Positions 31,600-42,356 of a stretch of 64,000 nt of DNA are shown here, piece by piece; the first letter of the stretch is position 1; each line of letters starts with the position of its first letter. Source of the DNA: an uncultured cyanobacterium (GTDB taxonomy: Bacteria; Cyanobacteriota; Cyanobacteriia; Phormidesmidales; Phormidesmidaceae); NCBI GenBank assembly GCA_963793265.1, contig CAWBZI010000001.1, positions 1,248,001 through 1,312,000 on the forward strand, in the 5' to 3' direction. The notes under the pieces are model-generated. The model did no database searches. It saw only the letters and a program-made list of their open reading frames with translations, and was not told where the DNA came from. The position numbers were made by a program, and so were the translations under genes.

Positions 31600-32658
31600 T
31601 TACAGCGCGTTACCACGAGGAAGAACTTCCTCAGGGAACACAAACTGCTCATGTGGCTGATCCTGTGGGCTCAACCACGCACGGATGCCTTCGTTCAATA
31701 GAATGTTCTTCGTGTAGAACGTCTCGAACTCTGGGTCTTCCGCTGCGCGAATCTCTTGGCTCACGAAGTCATACGCTCGTAGGTTCAATGCCAAACCGAC
31801 GATGCCGACTGAACTCATCCATAGGCCCGTAACGGGTACGAACAGCATGAAGAAGTGCAGCCAGCGCTTGTTGCTGAACGCGATACCGAAAATCTGTGAC
31901 CAGAATCGGTTCGCTGTCACCATCGAATACGTCTCTTCTGACTGCGTAGGCTCAAAAGCGCGGAACGTGTTGGCGTTGTCATCGTCCTGGAACAACGTGT
32001 TCTCTACCGTCGCACCGTGAATTGCACACAGCAGCGCGCCACCCAAGATACCGGCCACGCCCATCATGTGGAACGGGTTCAAAGTCCAGTTGTGGAAGCC
32101 CTGCAAGAACAGCAGGAAGCGGAAGATGGCCGCCACCCCGAAGCTCGGTGCAAAGAACCACGAAGACTGGCCCAAGGGGTAGAGCAAGAACACAGAGACG
32201 AACACCGCAATCGGGCCACTGAAGGCGATTGCGTTGTATGGACGAATGCCGACCAGCCGAGCAATCTCGAACTGGCGCAGCATGAAGCCAATCAGGCCGA
32301 AAGCACCGTGAAGCGCGACGAACGCCCACAGGCCGCCAATCTGGCACCAGCGTACGAAGTCACCCTGGGCTTCAGGGCCCCAAAGCAGCAGCAGGGAGTG
32401 GCCCATGCTGTCAGCGGGGGTGGAGACGGCAACGGTTAGGAAGTTGCAGCCTTCGAGGTAGGAGCTTGCCAACCCGTGGGTGTACCACGAGGTGACAAAG
32501 GTGGTGCCGGTCATCCAGCCGCCAATCGCCATGAAGGCGCAGGGGAACAGGAGTAGACCAGACCAGCCTACGAATACAAAACGGTCGCGCTTGAGCCAGT
32601 CGTCAACGACGTCAAATCGTCCTCTTCCGGCGGGCGCGTTGCCCATTGCTATAGTCAT
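31600..32658 (-). CDS. psbD: Photosystem II D2 protein, monocistronic copy (psbD2-type)
   Basis: [16 protein letters not shown] ... [10 protein letters not shown]; no overlapping psbC downstream. Confidence 0.98.
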   Translation of the reverse strand: MTIAMGNAPAGRGRFDVVDDWLKRDRFVFVGWSGLLLFPCAFMAIGGWMTGTTFVTSWYTHGLASSYLEGCNFLTVAVSTPADSMGHSLLLLWGPEAQGDFVRWCQIGGLWAFVALHGAFGLIGFMLRQFEIARLVGIRPYNAIAFSGPIAVFVSVFLLYPLGQSSWFFAPSFGVAAIFRFLLFLQGFHNWTLNPFHMMGVAGILGGALLCAIHGATVENTLFQDDDNANTFRAFEPTQSEETYSMVTANRFWSQIFGIAFSNKRWLHFFMLFVPVTGLWMSSVGIVGLALNLRAYDFVSQEIRAAEDPEFETFYTKNILLNEGIRAWLSPQDQPHEQFVFPEEVLPRGNAL

Positions 32659-32768
32659 ATAAAGCGGATCTCCAAAGATGGATTATCTATGTAGGACAGT
32701 GGTAAAAACCAGGCAGCTATTCAAAAGAAATAACCGCTTAACATCTACTCGAAAAAATATGAGCAGTG

Positions 32769-32786
32769 TTTACTAATCTTTACCGC
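32769..32786. promoter_or_regulatory. HLR1-like repeat upstream of psbD
   Basis: TTTACTAA-TC-TTTACCGC about 110 bp upstream of the psbD start. Confidence 0.45.
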
Positions 32787-32969
32787 AGTTCTCATATTAT
32801 AGAGGCCCTTCTCTAAAAAATCTTCCTTCTAATGGATAAAGTCGATATATTGCCTATATTGGTGCCCCTGATTTTTGGATTGTTTGCGATACTAGAGGGC
32901 GGACTGGCTGCTGAAAGGTCGTCTTTTGGCGGGCCAAATCTCAATACTATATAGATAACCAAAATCAGT

Positions 32970-33242
32970 ATGTACATCGTTGAATTTGCTTTGAAGCACA
33001 CTGCTATGCCCCTTACGGTGCAAAAGGAAGAGAAGGAAGCGGCAGAGGCAGCTTATAAGGAAGCGATGGAAGCGATCGCTTCAGGCAACCCCGTGATGAT
33101 AGAAGCGACCTGCGATAAGGTGAGCGACAAAAAAGTTGCGATCGCTGTCAGCGAACTAGCCGCAGTGCAAATGTACGACAAGTCAGGGATTGCGGGTGCA
33201 GCGGGTCGTGCGCCTGGGTTCTTTGCTTTAGCAGGTGAGTAG
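32970..33242 (+). CDS. UPF0367-family conserved cyanobacterial protein
   Basis: Pattern PLTVQK...TCDK..DKK.A...SE..AVQ; precedes an ABC ATPase. Confidence 0.75.
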   Translation: MYIVEFALKHTAMPLTVQKEEKEAAEAAYKEAMEAIASGNPVMIEATCDKVSDKKVAIAVSELAAVQMYDKSGIAGAAGRAPGFFALAGE

Positions 33243-33246
33243 TTAG

Positions 33247-33927
33247 GTGTCGAATGAAGCGTTGGCACCGCCATCAAACGCAATCGTCGTAGACGGCCTG
33301 AGCTTTTACTGGCCGTCTGGAGTGGCTGTACTGCGCGATTGCTCCTTGACGATCAAGCCGGGCGAGTTTTGTATGCTGCTAGGCAATAACGGCAGCGGAA
33401 AATCTACGCTGCTCAGGCTTTTAGCTGGCTTGCTCCCGCGTCAAATTGGCACGATTGATACTCAAGGGCCAGTCGGCTTTGTGTTTCAAAACCCCGATCA
33501 CCAGCTTGTCATGCCGACTGTAGGGGCTGATGTTGCCTTTGGCTTGGTAAAGGAAAAGCTGACGCTGGGACAGGTTCGAGCGCGTGTTGAAGAGGCTCTG
33601 ACGGCTGTTAATTTACAGCACTTACAGCGGCGGGCGATCTATGCGCTTAGCGGCGGGCAAAAGCAGAGGGTGGCGATCGCAGGGGCAATCGCCCAACATT
33701 GTCAGGTGCTTCTGCTCGATGAACCAACGGCGCTACTTGATCCTGATAGCCAAATAGATTTGGTGCGTCAGGTGCAGGCTTTGGTTAAAAGTAGAGGGCT
33801 AACGGCGCTATGGGTGACGCATCGGCTGGCTGAGTTAGACTATTGCGATCGCGCTTTTTTGATAGAGAACGGTAGAGTCGCTGACGAAGGCGATCCTCAG
33901 CGCCTAAAGCGAAAGCTGAAGAACTAA
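33247..33927 (+). CDS. ECF/CbiO-type ABC ATPase
   Basis: Motifs GNNGSGKST, FQNPDHQ, LSGGQKQR and LLDEP. Confidence 0.9.
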   Translation: MSNEALAPPSNAIVVDGLSFYWPSGVAVLRDCSLTIKPGEFCMLLGNNGSGKSTLLRLLAGLLPRQIGTIDTQGPVGFVFQNPDHQLVMPTVGADVAFGLVKEKLTLGQVRARVEEALTAVNLQHLQRRAIYALSGGQKQRVAIAGAIAQHCQVLLLDEPTALLDPDSQIDLVRQVQALVKSRGLTALWVTHRLAELDYCDRAFLIENGRVADEGDPQRLKRKLKN

Positions 33928-34004
33928 GGCCGTTTGGTTACCTACGACTCAGCCTCTATAGGGAAAATCGCTTAGTATTAAGGAAGTTTCAGCCAATTAT
34001 CACC

Positions 34005-34553
34005 ATGGCCGCTAAACCTTCTCAAGCGATTTTGTTAGTCGATGCGTACAACATTATTGGTGCGTGGACTGATCTTGCAGGGCTGAAGGAGACTCAGGGG
34101 CTAGATGCGGCTAGAGAGGCTCTGGTTGCAGTATTAGCGAACTACAGTGCGTGTCAGGAGTATGAAACCTGGGCGGTGTTTGACGCTTATGAGCAGCGAT
34201 CGCCTGCCTCTCAGCAAAAGATTACGTCTTACCTTTCAGTGCACTACACCGGGTATGGTCAAACGGCTGATAGCTACATTGAAATGGCCTGCTCCAAATT
34301 TCGTAACGACGCTCGGAAGTTTACGAAACGGCTGATCGTAGCAACCTCCGATAATGTTCACCGGCAAACTGTGATTGGATATGGCGCAGAGGCAATCTCC
34401 GCGTTTCATTTAGAAAGCGAAGTCGCTAGTACCACTCAGCAGGTAAGAGCAAAGCAAAAGGCACCCAAAAAGCGTTCAGGAAGGGTTTTTACGAGCCTTA
34501 AGCCAGATGTTCAAGCGCGGTTAGCTCGGATGAGATTTGGCCATAAGGATTGA
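34005..34553 (+). CDS. NYN-domain (YacP/Rae1-like) protein
   Basis: Motifs LLVDAYNIIG, VFDA, TADSYIE and VATSD. Confidence 0.85.
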   Translation: MAAKPSQAILLVDAYNIIGAWTDLAGLKETQGLDAAREALVAVLANYSACQEYETWAVFDAYEQRSPASQQKITSYLSVHYTGYGQTADSYIEMACSKFRNDARKFTKRLIVATSDNVHRQTVIGYGAEAISAFHLESEVASTTQQVRAKQKAPKKRSGRVFTSLKPDVQARLARMRFGHKD

Positions 34554-34589
34554 TTCGACCTGCACGAATAAAGAACTCCAAAAAATGTC

Positions 34590-34619
34590 TTGCCAAACGG
34601 TCACTGCCTTATGTACTAT
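34590..34619 (+). promoter_or_regulatory. Sigma70-type promoter of tRNA-Asn
   Basis: TTGCCA-N18-TACTAT, ending 11 bp before the tRNA. Confidence 0.6.
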
Positions 34620-34630
34620 GTAGTTCCCAT

Positions 34631-34702
34631 TCCTCAGTAGCTCAGTGGTAGAGCGGTCGACTGTTAATCGATTGGTCGTAGGTTCGAATCCTACCTGGGG
34701 AG
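34631..34702 (+). tRNA. trnN: tRNA-Asn(GTT)
   Basis: Cloverleaf TCCTCAGTAGCTCAGTGGTAGAGC; anticodon arm GTCGA-CTGTTAA-TCGAT; T-loop GTTCGAATC; CCA not encoded. Confidence 0.97.
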
Positions 34703-35089
34703 TTTATCTAAATAGAGAAGCAGGCGCTTAAGCCTTCGTTAGCCCTTGGCCTTTCATAAGTGATGGCGGTCTGTCTGCTCACTCATGGCGACACAGACTT
34801 GGCGGAGTATCTGGCTAGTCTTGCGAGCACTTTGAGCGTTCTAGCGGACGCAGAGTGGCCCGTGCGCAAAAGTTGCTTCTGAATTCTTAAGCAAATATTA
34901 AGCCATGACATTGTTAAGCTTTCTCAACATATTATTAAAAACGAGACTATTGCTGCTAGCTAATAAATTAATAGTTGCTTAATGCTTTTGAAGAAACTCC
35001 ATGCATTTTGTTAAAAGTGGTGAGTATATGTACTCGCTACTGCTGACTAAGGTGGTAGTCTTAACTCTATAGCAACACCCCTTTTAACC

Positions 35090-35824
35090 ATGCCTCGTAT
35101 ACTCGTCATTGATGATGATCCCGCCATTGTTGAGCTAGTCTCAATCAACCTTGAGATGGCTGGTTATGACATTAGCCAAGCGGGCGATGGCGTGAAGGGC
35201 CAGGCGCTGGCCGTACAGATGGTTCCTGATTTGATCATGCTTGATCTCATGCTGCCGAAGGTGGATGGGTTTACAGTGTGCCAGCGCCTCAGACGGGACG
35301 ATCGCACGGCTGATATTCCAGTTTTGATGCTAACGGCACTGGGCGAAACGCAGAATAAGGTAGATGGCTTTAATGCGGGTGCTGACGATTATTTAACCAA
35401 GCCGTTTGAGCTTGAGGAGATGCTGGCTAGGGTGCGAGCGCTGCTAAGACGAACCGATCGGATTCCTCAGGCTGCTAAGCACAGCGAAATTTTGAGCTAT
35501 GGGCCTTTGACACTTGTGCCTGAGCGGTTCGAGGCGATTTGGTTAGATAGCACGGTTAAGCTTACTCACTTAGAGTTCGAGCTGCTTCACTGCCTGCTTC
35601 AGCGCCACGGACAGACTGTTTCACCTAGCGAAATTCTTAAAGAGGTTTGGGGCTACGATCCTAATGACGATATTGAGACGATTCGCGTTCATATTCGCCA
35701 CCTGCGAACGAAGCTAGAGCCCGATCCGCGTCACCCTCAATACATTAAGACTGTCTACGGGGCGGGCTATTGCTTGGAGCTGCCGAATGAGTCTGAGCTA
35801 CTCCCTGAGAAGGTTGCAAGCTAG
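35090..35824 (+). CDS. rpaA: OmpR-family response regulator RpaA
   Basis: [35 protein letters not shown] and [24 protein letters not shown]. Confidence 0.93.
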   Translation: MPRILVIDDDPAIVELVSINLEMAGYDISQAGDGVKGQALAVQMVPDLIMLDLMLPKVDGFTVCQRLRRDDRTADIPVLMLTALGETQNKVDGFNAGADDYLTKPFELEEMLARVRALLRRTDRIPQAAKHSEILSYGPLTLVPERFEAIWLDSTVKLTHLEFELLHCLLQRHGQTVSPSEILKEVWGYDPNDDIETIRVHIRHLRTKLEPDPRHPQYIKTVYGAGYCLELPNESELLPEKVAS

Positions 35825-35916
35825 TAAAGATGCGGCGTATATAGAGAGTAGACCCTCAAATGTGTGTTGGAGCGATCACAGCTTCGATGCACATTCGCAT
35901 TTTTATTGGATTCCAC

Positions 35917-36348
35917 ATGTTTGGCACTTATCAATACAGCAATCTCAGGATAGAAGTTAAGGCAAGCGCCGATAAAATTGCACAGAGCCTTACCAATCCG
36001 CAGGAGATGAAAAAGTGGCTACTGCCGCAGGAAATTAAATACATCACGCCGAGCGGTAGCCGGTCTGATATGGGATTTCCAGGCGATAAGCTGCAAGCGG
36101 GTCAAACGTTTGAGAGTACTTTGGGCGCAAATAAGCTGGGCCTCATTAAAGTGAAGCACGAGGTCGAGAAGATTTCTGATGACGGCATCCGCCTTTTGCT
36201 CAGTGGCAGCATAGATGGTTTTCACGAGTGGCAGTGGGGCGAAGGCTGGCTGCAATCGCGCATAGAAGGTATTTCTTTACTGCCGCTCAATCTCGGACAA
36301 ACGGCCAATCTGACCAGGTTAAGGTTTTATTTGCAGTCGGCATCGTAA
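35917..36348 (+). CDS. Conserved cyanobacterial hypothetical protein (SRPBCC-like)
   Basis: MFGTYQ.S.LRIEV...IDGFHEW.WG.GW.QSR.EG.SLLPL pattern. Confidence 0.65.
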   Translation: MFGTYQYSNLRIEVKASADKIAQSLTNPQEMKKWLLPQEIKYITPSGSRSDMGFPGDKLQAGQTFESTLGANKLGLIKVKHEVEKISDDGIRLLLSGSIDGFHEWQWGEGWLQSRIEGISLLPLNLGQTANLTRLRFYLQSAS

Positions 36349-36378
36349 GCAGATCTGGCTGTGCAGACTTGACTGTGC

Positions 36379-37716
36379 TTAACTGGGACGCTGGATAATG
36401 GTTTCGTTGATGCGCCTTTTCGTTTGGCGGTTGATGCTGATTAAGCGAACGTAGTGGTCTGGAAACTGGGCTAGGCACGATTGTACTTTGCTGATGGCCT
36501 CAGCTTCGTTCTCTGTGTTTAAAGTCGCGTAGCTTTGCCATGAATTGACTCGAAACCGACGCCGATCGACATGCTCTATGCCCAACAGATGCCCGAGGCG
36601 GTGACTTTGTGAAACGATGGCCTGTGCAGACTGCTCAAGATCTTTGGATGGTAGTGAGTGCGAGACTGGCTTGTTATAGTTCTGTTGTTTCGAGAATAAA
36701 CGGCTCGCAGGTTGTTCTGCCTGGTCGGCAAGCTGAGCGTCTTTTTTACCTAAACCGTAGGGCTTGAGCGGATTGTTTTCGGGTGGTCTTAGCAGGGCGC
36801 TATCTCGGCGGCGATGTTGGAAAGCTTGCCCAGACGGGGTGACGGCCTGGTTGTATTCGCTCACTAAGCCCATAGTGCGAACGCGCTCTTGTTCTTTGAC
36901 GAGCGTTTCACCCGCTTCGATCAGGTTCTCTAGCTGGAAGTTGGGTTTATTGAAGGTGGGGACTTTTAGTGAGTTGACAACTTTGCTGGCGATGTTTTCA
37001 ATGCCGACTGAGTGAATGAATTGGGTGATTTGTTCGTCGTATAGTTGCGATCGCACCGCCCCAAAAAAATCAATTGCCTGATCGTCAAACCGACCCACTA
37101 GCGCCTCAACATCTGCCTGCGCAAGCCCATCGTCTGCAAACATCCCACTAACCACCCCAATCCGGTCTGCCCTGCTTGGCTCCCAGTAAAACTTCTGCAT
37201 CCGCCCGTCCCGAATCAGCGGCGCATACAGCGTCGCAAAGTCGTTGCCCGTCGCGATAATTGGAATCCTCGGAAGTTCTTTCTCGTCATAGCTACCCGGC
37301 AATTGAACATTAGTTGGATTATCTGCAATGTTCATCAGCGTGTTATTCACAAGCTGAGTATTCACCGTGTACTGCGTCATGCGGTCAAAGCGACCTGCCC
37401 CCGCATCCAAATCATTAATCATCAGCACCGCCATACAGCCACGTACGCGCACTAACTCAGCTGCTTCTCTATAGCGCAGCCGAATCAACCTGGCCGGATC
37501 GCCTGCGTCTGGGCTTTCTAGCTCACCGCCCGAAATATAAACTACCTCAACCCCCATCCGCTCAAAGACAAGTTCGCACTGAAAGGTTTTCCCTTCTCCC
37601 TTACGCCCGTGAATGCCTAAAATGAGCGGTACTTTGACCTGTGGCAGATCTAAATAGTTCTTAGTAATGTGAACGGCTAGCTTGTTGAGAAAGCTAGGCG
37701 CGATGTAATAAGCCAT
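36379..37716 (-). CDS. rca: RuBisCO activase (Rca/Alc) with C-terminal RbcS-like (SSUL) domain
   Basis: Motifs GIHGRKGEGKTFQC, INDLDAGAGR and LIRDGRM; SSUL motif EHVDRRRFRVNSW...YVRL...ETIIQRP. Confidence 0.93.
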   Translation of the reverse strand: MAYYIAPSFLNKLAVHITKNYLDLPQVKVPLILGIHGRKGEGKTFQCELVFERMGVEVVYISGGELESPDAGDPARLIRLRYREAAELVRVRGCMAVLMINDLDAGAGRFDRMTQYTVNTQLVNNTLMNIADNPTNVQLPGSYDEKELPRIPIIATGNDFATLYAPLIRDGRMQKFYWEPSRADRIGVVSGMFADDGLAQADVEALVGRFDDQAIDFFGAVRSQLYDEQITQFIHSVGIENIASKVVNSLKVPTFNKPNFQLENLIEAGETLVKEQERVRTMGLVSEYNQAVTPSGQAFQHRRRDSALLRPPENNPLKPYGLGKKDAQLADQAEQPASRLFSKQQNYNKPVSHSLPSKDLEQSAQAIVSQSHRLGHLLGIEHVDRRRFRVNSWQSYATLNTENEAEAISKVQSCLAQFPDHYVRLISINRQTKRRINETIIQRPS

Positions 37717-37768
37717 TAATTACAGGGGTTGGAGGCGCAATATCCCTATCATCCCATTTCGTAAAACC

Positions 37769-38362
37769 CTATACAAACCATGCCTGCCAAGCCGCCCAAT
37801 TTGAGACGAGTTGGGCAAAGGCTTCATAGCCTGCCGCTGCTGGATGAGAGCCGTCTACCTGAGCAACTTCATCCATCCAGGTTTGATTATGTCTCAGCGG
37901 CGCATATGTTTCCAGATAGGGAATATCTAGCGTTTCGCAAAGCGCAGCGTATGCCATTGAAGTAACGACAGTGCGATCATTAATAGTTTCGTCTTCAACT
38001 GGCGGTGGCCCTATCATCAGTGTGGGATACTGGGCCTTTGCCTGCGTCAAAATTCGATGGGCAGCATCAATTGAGCCTTTGGCCGATACGCGCAAGCCTC
38101 CGTCTTCAATGCAGTTGTCATTGACACCGAATGAGAATACTAAGCGAGCGTCAGAGGGATATCGAAAGCGTGGAGCGGCTTCAGCCTGCCAGCGGGCTTC
38201 TATCTGCTCGCTAGTGTTGCCACGAATACCCAAGTTGTAGTAAGTCAAACTCGAATGACCAAGCCCCTTGCAGGCTCTACCGCTCCAACCTAAATAGTCT
38301 GGATCGCCTGTTCCTGTCACAAAAGAATCGCCAAAAAAACAAATACGAATATCCGACATCAA
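37769..38362 (-). CDS. SGNH/GDSL hydrolase
   Basis: Motifs GDSF, NLGIRG, GVND and DGSHP. Confidence 0.9.
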   Translation of the reverse strand: MMSDIRICFFGDSFVTGTGDPDYLGWSGRACKGLGHSSLTYYNLGIRGNTSEQIEARWQAEAAPRFRYPSDARLVFSFGVNDNCIEDGGLRVSAKGSIDAAHRILTQAKAQYPTLMIGPPPVEDETINDRTVVTSMAYAALCETLDIPYLETYAPLRHNQTWMDEVAQVDGSHPAAAGYEAFAQLVSNWAAWQAWFV

Positions 38363-38370
38363 ACCAGTCT

Positions 38371-38784
38371 CTAATCGCTTGCAGTTTTAGCGGGCTTGCT
38401 GCGTTCTTCTATCTCAGTGAGCGCTTGCATGACGAGATTTTTCGCCTGAAGCTTCCAACCGCGCTTTTGGATAACGATAGCGAGTGCCCCGCCAATCCCC
38501 GTCGCCAAAAAGTCCACTGGCTGCGTAAATGAAATCCCAAACAGCAGCCCTAATCCAGCAATTCCCCAAAACGGCAAAGATACCGCCTGCCGCTGCTCTA
38601 GCAAAATCTCATCAAAAAAATTACGTGGCAAATTCTCTTCTAGCTCTGCCTTTACCTGCTTCCGCTGCGCAGGCGACACCGACAGCGCAATCTTCTGCCT
38701 TAGCTTCTCAATTTTTCTAGCATCCGTACTGTACTCAGTTAGCTGATCTTCAGCCAGCATCACCAAACGCTCTGTCTGCGACAT
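38371..38784 (-). CDS. Conserved hypothetical membrane protein
   Basis: 137 aa ORF with two C-terminal hydrophobic segments. Confidence 0.7.
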   Translation of the reverse strand: MSQTERLVMLAEDQLTEYSTDARKIEKLRQKIALSVSPAQRKQVKAELEENLPRNFFDEILLEQRQAVSLPFWGIAGLGLLFGISFTQPVDFLATGIGGALAIVIQKRGWKLQAKNLVMQALTEIEERSKPAKTASD

Positions 38785-38860
38785 TTTGTTGCCTTCTTAG
38801 CTGTATAGTGCAGTTTACATTACAGAAGCAACCTCGTAGTGTGCTCCAAAGAGTAGTCAC

Positions 38861-38892
38861 TATCCATATTTCAAATTATCCATATTTCAAAT
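38861..38892. repeat. 16-bp perfect tandem duplication
   Basis: TATCCATATTTCAAAT present twice in tandem. Confidence 0.85.
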
Positions 38893-39097
38893 TAACAAAG
38901 CTGAGCGTATCAATACCTTTTTCATTGAGATAGCTCGCAACTTTAAAGTCGTTCTTGAGTACGAGATACTTATTGTCCGCAACCTCTGCAATTATGACTT
39001 TGCAACCTGTCCCACTTTTTACTGATGCACGACCAAATCTTTCCGTATCAAGCCCGTGTTTAACTAGATTTCAGCAGAACCAGAATCTGTTAGGTGA

Positions 39098-39319
39098 ATA
39101 AGCCCTGAATCGAATCAAAGCATTCTGAAAACAGTATTGTCCAGGTTCTCCTTTGTATATTGCTGAGCGGCCTACTAATTCAAAGCTTTGCCCTTCGTTC
39201 AAAAAGATATCTCCAGGCTGAACGGATTATATCTCTTTCTCTTTGGGTGTAAAATCCATTTCTAAAATGTCGGCATAATCAGTCCAGTCATCAAAAACAG
39301 ACAACGTAATAGAGAGATA
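39098..39319 (-). pseudogene. hsdS: Type I restriction-modification specificity subunit (HsdS) target-recognition-domain fragment
   Basis: Manual translation: VFDDWTDYADILEMDFTPKEKEI*SVQPGDIFLNEGQSFELVGRSAIYKGEPGQYCFQNALIRFR; in-frame stop at 39227-39229. Confidence 0.75.
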
Positions 39320-39352
39320 GCTAATGCCACCTCCCCTTTTCATATTCGCAGA

Positions 39353-39676
39353 TCAACGAGCTAATCGCCGTAGCAAGCTCATCGCTTCACCCTGAGCAGG
39401 CGTAATAATCATCTGCTCCTCCACCGTCATAATTGGGCTCCATAGTACCGTCTCGGCATAGCCCAGCTTATGCAGTAAGTGAATCGTTTGCCGCACCGCG
39501 CTAGGACTGCCGAGCAAAATGTGCTTAACAACTTCTCCCGGTTCCGTGCCGTCTGGTTCGAGCTGAGGCTGCGCGATCGCCCGGCTCCCGCCACAGCGCA
39601 TTATCGACAAATCCAAAGCAGGCTTAACTTTACCAGCCGCAAGCGGTTGGCCGACTAAACATGTGGTTGTTTTCAT
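39353..39676 (-). CDS. Small cyanobacterial hypothetical protein
   Basis: Motif HILLGSPSAVRQTIHLLHKLGYAE...WS resembles a multicopy cyanobacterial family, from recall. Confidence 0.7.
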   Translation of the reverse strand: MKTTTCLVGQPLAAGKVKPALDLSIMRCGGSRAIAQPQLEPDGTEPGEVVKHILLGSPSAVRQTIHLLHKLGYAETVLWSPIMTVEEQMIITPAQGEAMSLLRRLAR

Positions 39677-39728
39677 GGTCTTTCTCGGGTTTTCCTAAGA
39701 TATGGGGTAGAAAAACCAAGAAAAACTC

Positions 39729-39861
39729 AGCCCCCTAACTTGCCAAAAGTCAGGGGGGCTATGGCATCATGGGCCATAACCTCTCTCACTGGATTGATCA
39801 GTGTTAGGGGCGAGCTATCGGTGTTGGGTTAGGCTCCAACGCCGGTAGCGGCTAAATTTTT
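39729..39861 (+). ncRNA. Putative structured non-coding element divergent from 39353-39676
   Basis: Three consecutive hairpins; the last has G-U pairs compatible only with a + strand transcript and is followed by a T-run. Confidence 0.45.
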
Positions 39862-40046
39862 CAAGGCGGTTATGCGATCACTAACAAAAGCTCCCGACAA
39901 CTCGGAAGAGCGATACTCTAGAAAAGTGGCTTTGCCAACGCATAAAAACAAGCGTATCAGTAAGCTTTTGAGCGCGTCAACTAATTTGATACAAAAACCT
40001 AGCGGCCATCGGCAGCGTCAACTTAACAAGAATGTAGCGCTCATCT

Positions 40047-40580
40047 CTATCGAGTCATTGCTATAACAGTCACCACCGAAAGGCCAGGAAAAATATCAAG
40101 AGTAGGAAGCTGTTCCGTCTCAGCATAGATTAAAGGAAGTTCTTGACCTTGCCATACCCAAATCCGCTGCCGTTGGATGTCAATCAACCAGGCAAGCTGT
40201 GTACCGCTATCGATAAAATGCAAGATTTTCTTTTGCAAATCTACAGTACTCTGATCAGGCGAACGGATCTCAATCAGCCAGTCTGGTGCACCTGCGAAAG
40301 GGCCATCTGTCTCAGGCACTCGCTCAATCGCAATCACAGCAATATCTGGCACAGGCGAAAAGGGAGGTACTATGCAGCGTAATTCTTGAATTGCTTCGTA
40401 TTGCTTGGTTTGTTGATTGATAGCATTGACGAGGTTTCGCTGAAGGCGGGAATGGAAAAGGGTAGGCATGGGTTTTTGACGCGATCGCCCGTCAATAAAT
40501 TCCCAAGCGGGCGAAGCTTCAATATCAGGCTGTTTTAAAAACGCTTCTAAAAGGCTAACGGTTGCGGGAGCTTGCATCAT
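40047..40580 (-). CDS. Uma2 (DUF820) family endonuclease
   Basis: Motifs EFIDG...KPMP...HS, VPDIA, APDWLIEIRSPDQ and WLID. Confidence 0.9.
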   Translation of the reverse strand: MMQAPATVSLLEAFLKQPDIEASPAWEFIDGRSRQKPMPTLFHSRLQRNLVNAINQQTKQYEAIQELRCIVPPFSPVPDIAVIAIERVPETDGPFAGAPDWLIEIRSPDQSTVDLQKKILHFIDSGTQLAWLIDIQRQRIWVWQGQELPLIYAETEQLPTLDIFPGLSVVTVIAMTR

Positions 40581-40583
40581 TCT

Positions 40584-40964
40584 CTACACCAGTTCTGCGG
40601 CCACAAACCTATCGTTTTGACTGCCTTCACCACAGGCAATCTCTTCATCTTCAATCCGTTCCAGCACACTAAAGTCTATACGCTCCAACTCACTCGCATC
40701 AAACGACTGTTCAGCTTGCCACAGTGCATAGTTTTTCTGCATATTCATCCAACTACCAGGGCTACCGCCTAGCACAACGCTGACTCTCAGAGCCATATCA
40801 GCACTGAGGCCAATTTCAGACTTTAGCAATCGGCTCACTGTGCTAGGTGCAACTTTTAACTTCGCGGCTAGCTCTCGGCCCGAGATGTTGTAGGGCTTTA
40901 GATATTCCTCCAAGATAATTTCGCCAGGAGAGCAGGGATTGTACATTCTTAGGCTTTCTGCCAT
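40584..40964 (-). CDS. higA: HigA antitoxin (XRE HTH)
   Basis: PGEII.EEYL, HTH, MALR...G.SP.SWMNMQ..Y; downstream of the toxin with 1-nt overlap. Confidence 0.9.
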   Translation of the reverse strand: MAESLRMYNPCSPGEIILEEYLKPYNISGRELAAKLKVAPSTVSRLLKSEIGLSADMALRVSVVLGGSPGSWMNMQKNYALWQAEQSFDASELERIDFSVLERIEDEEIACGEGSQNDRFVAAELV

Positions 40965-41242
40965 TAGTGATAATCCTCATAATCAACGACGTAGGCGTTA
41001 GAATCTCGAAACTCAAAAGTTAATCGCCAGTTACCGCTGACCGAAATACTCCAAATATTTGAGCGATCACCCTTAAGCGGATGTAAGTCATACCCAGGAA
41101 CGTCCATATAATCAATATCCTCTGCGGCATCCAAACGCGTCAGTTGTTTCCTAAGCTTTTTAGCATGTTTGGCTTGTATACCAGCCGTATTTCCAGTTTG
41201 ATGAAACCGCTTCAGCCCCTTGTGTTTAATCGATCTGATCAT
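40964..41242 (-). CDS. higB: HigB/RelE-family toxin
   Basis: MIRSIKHKGLKRF...LHPLKGDR...WSISVSGNWRLTFEF...DYEDYH. Confidence 0.92.
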   Translation of the reverse strand: MIRSIKHKGLKRFHQTGNTAGIQAKHAKKLRKQLTRLDAAEDIDYMDVPGYDLHPLKGDRSNIWSISVSGNWRLTFEFRDSNAYVVDYEDYH

Positions 41243-41290
41243 AGTTTAATCATTTTGTTGCGTAACGTGCAACAGGCTTCAGACAGCACT

Positions 41291-41326
41291 GAAAAGGGTC
41301 TGGAAGATTTTACCTTCCAGACCCTT
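41291..41326 (-). terminator. chlNBL terminator
   Basis: AAGGGTCTGGAAG/CTTCCAGACCCTT hairpin. Confidence 0.7.
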
Positions 41327-41365
41327 GCGTTTCTATATTCCGCTACGTGTTCTTAGAGAACCACT

Positions 41366-42352
<987 letters not shown>

Positions 42353-42356
42353 TTAT

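Noticed and set aside
31600..32658. Far-red (FaRLiP) psbD paralog
   Set aside because: No neighbouring rfp, apc, psb or psa paralog cluster, and the sequence is near-canonical.
34631..34900. Integrative element at tRNA-Asn
   Set aside because: No integrase and no duplicated tRNA 3' end seen; the core gene rpaA follows.
39872..40066. 64-aa + strand ORF
   Set aside because: No motif or RBS, and it overlaps the Uma2 3' end; probably chance.
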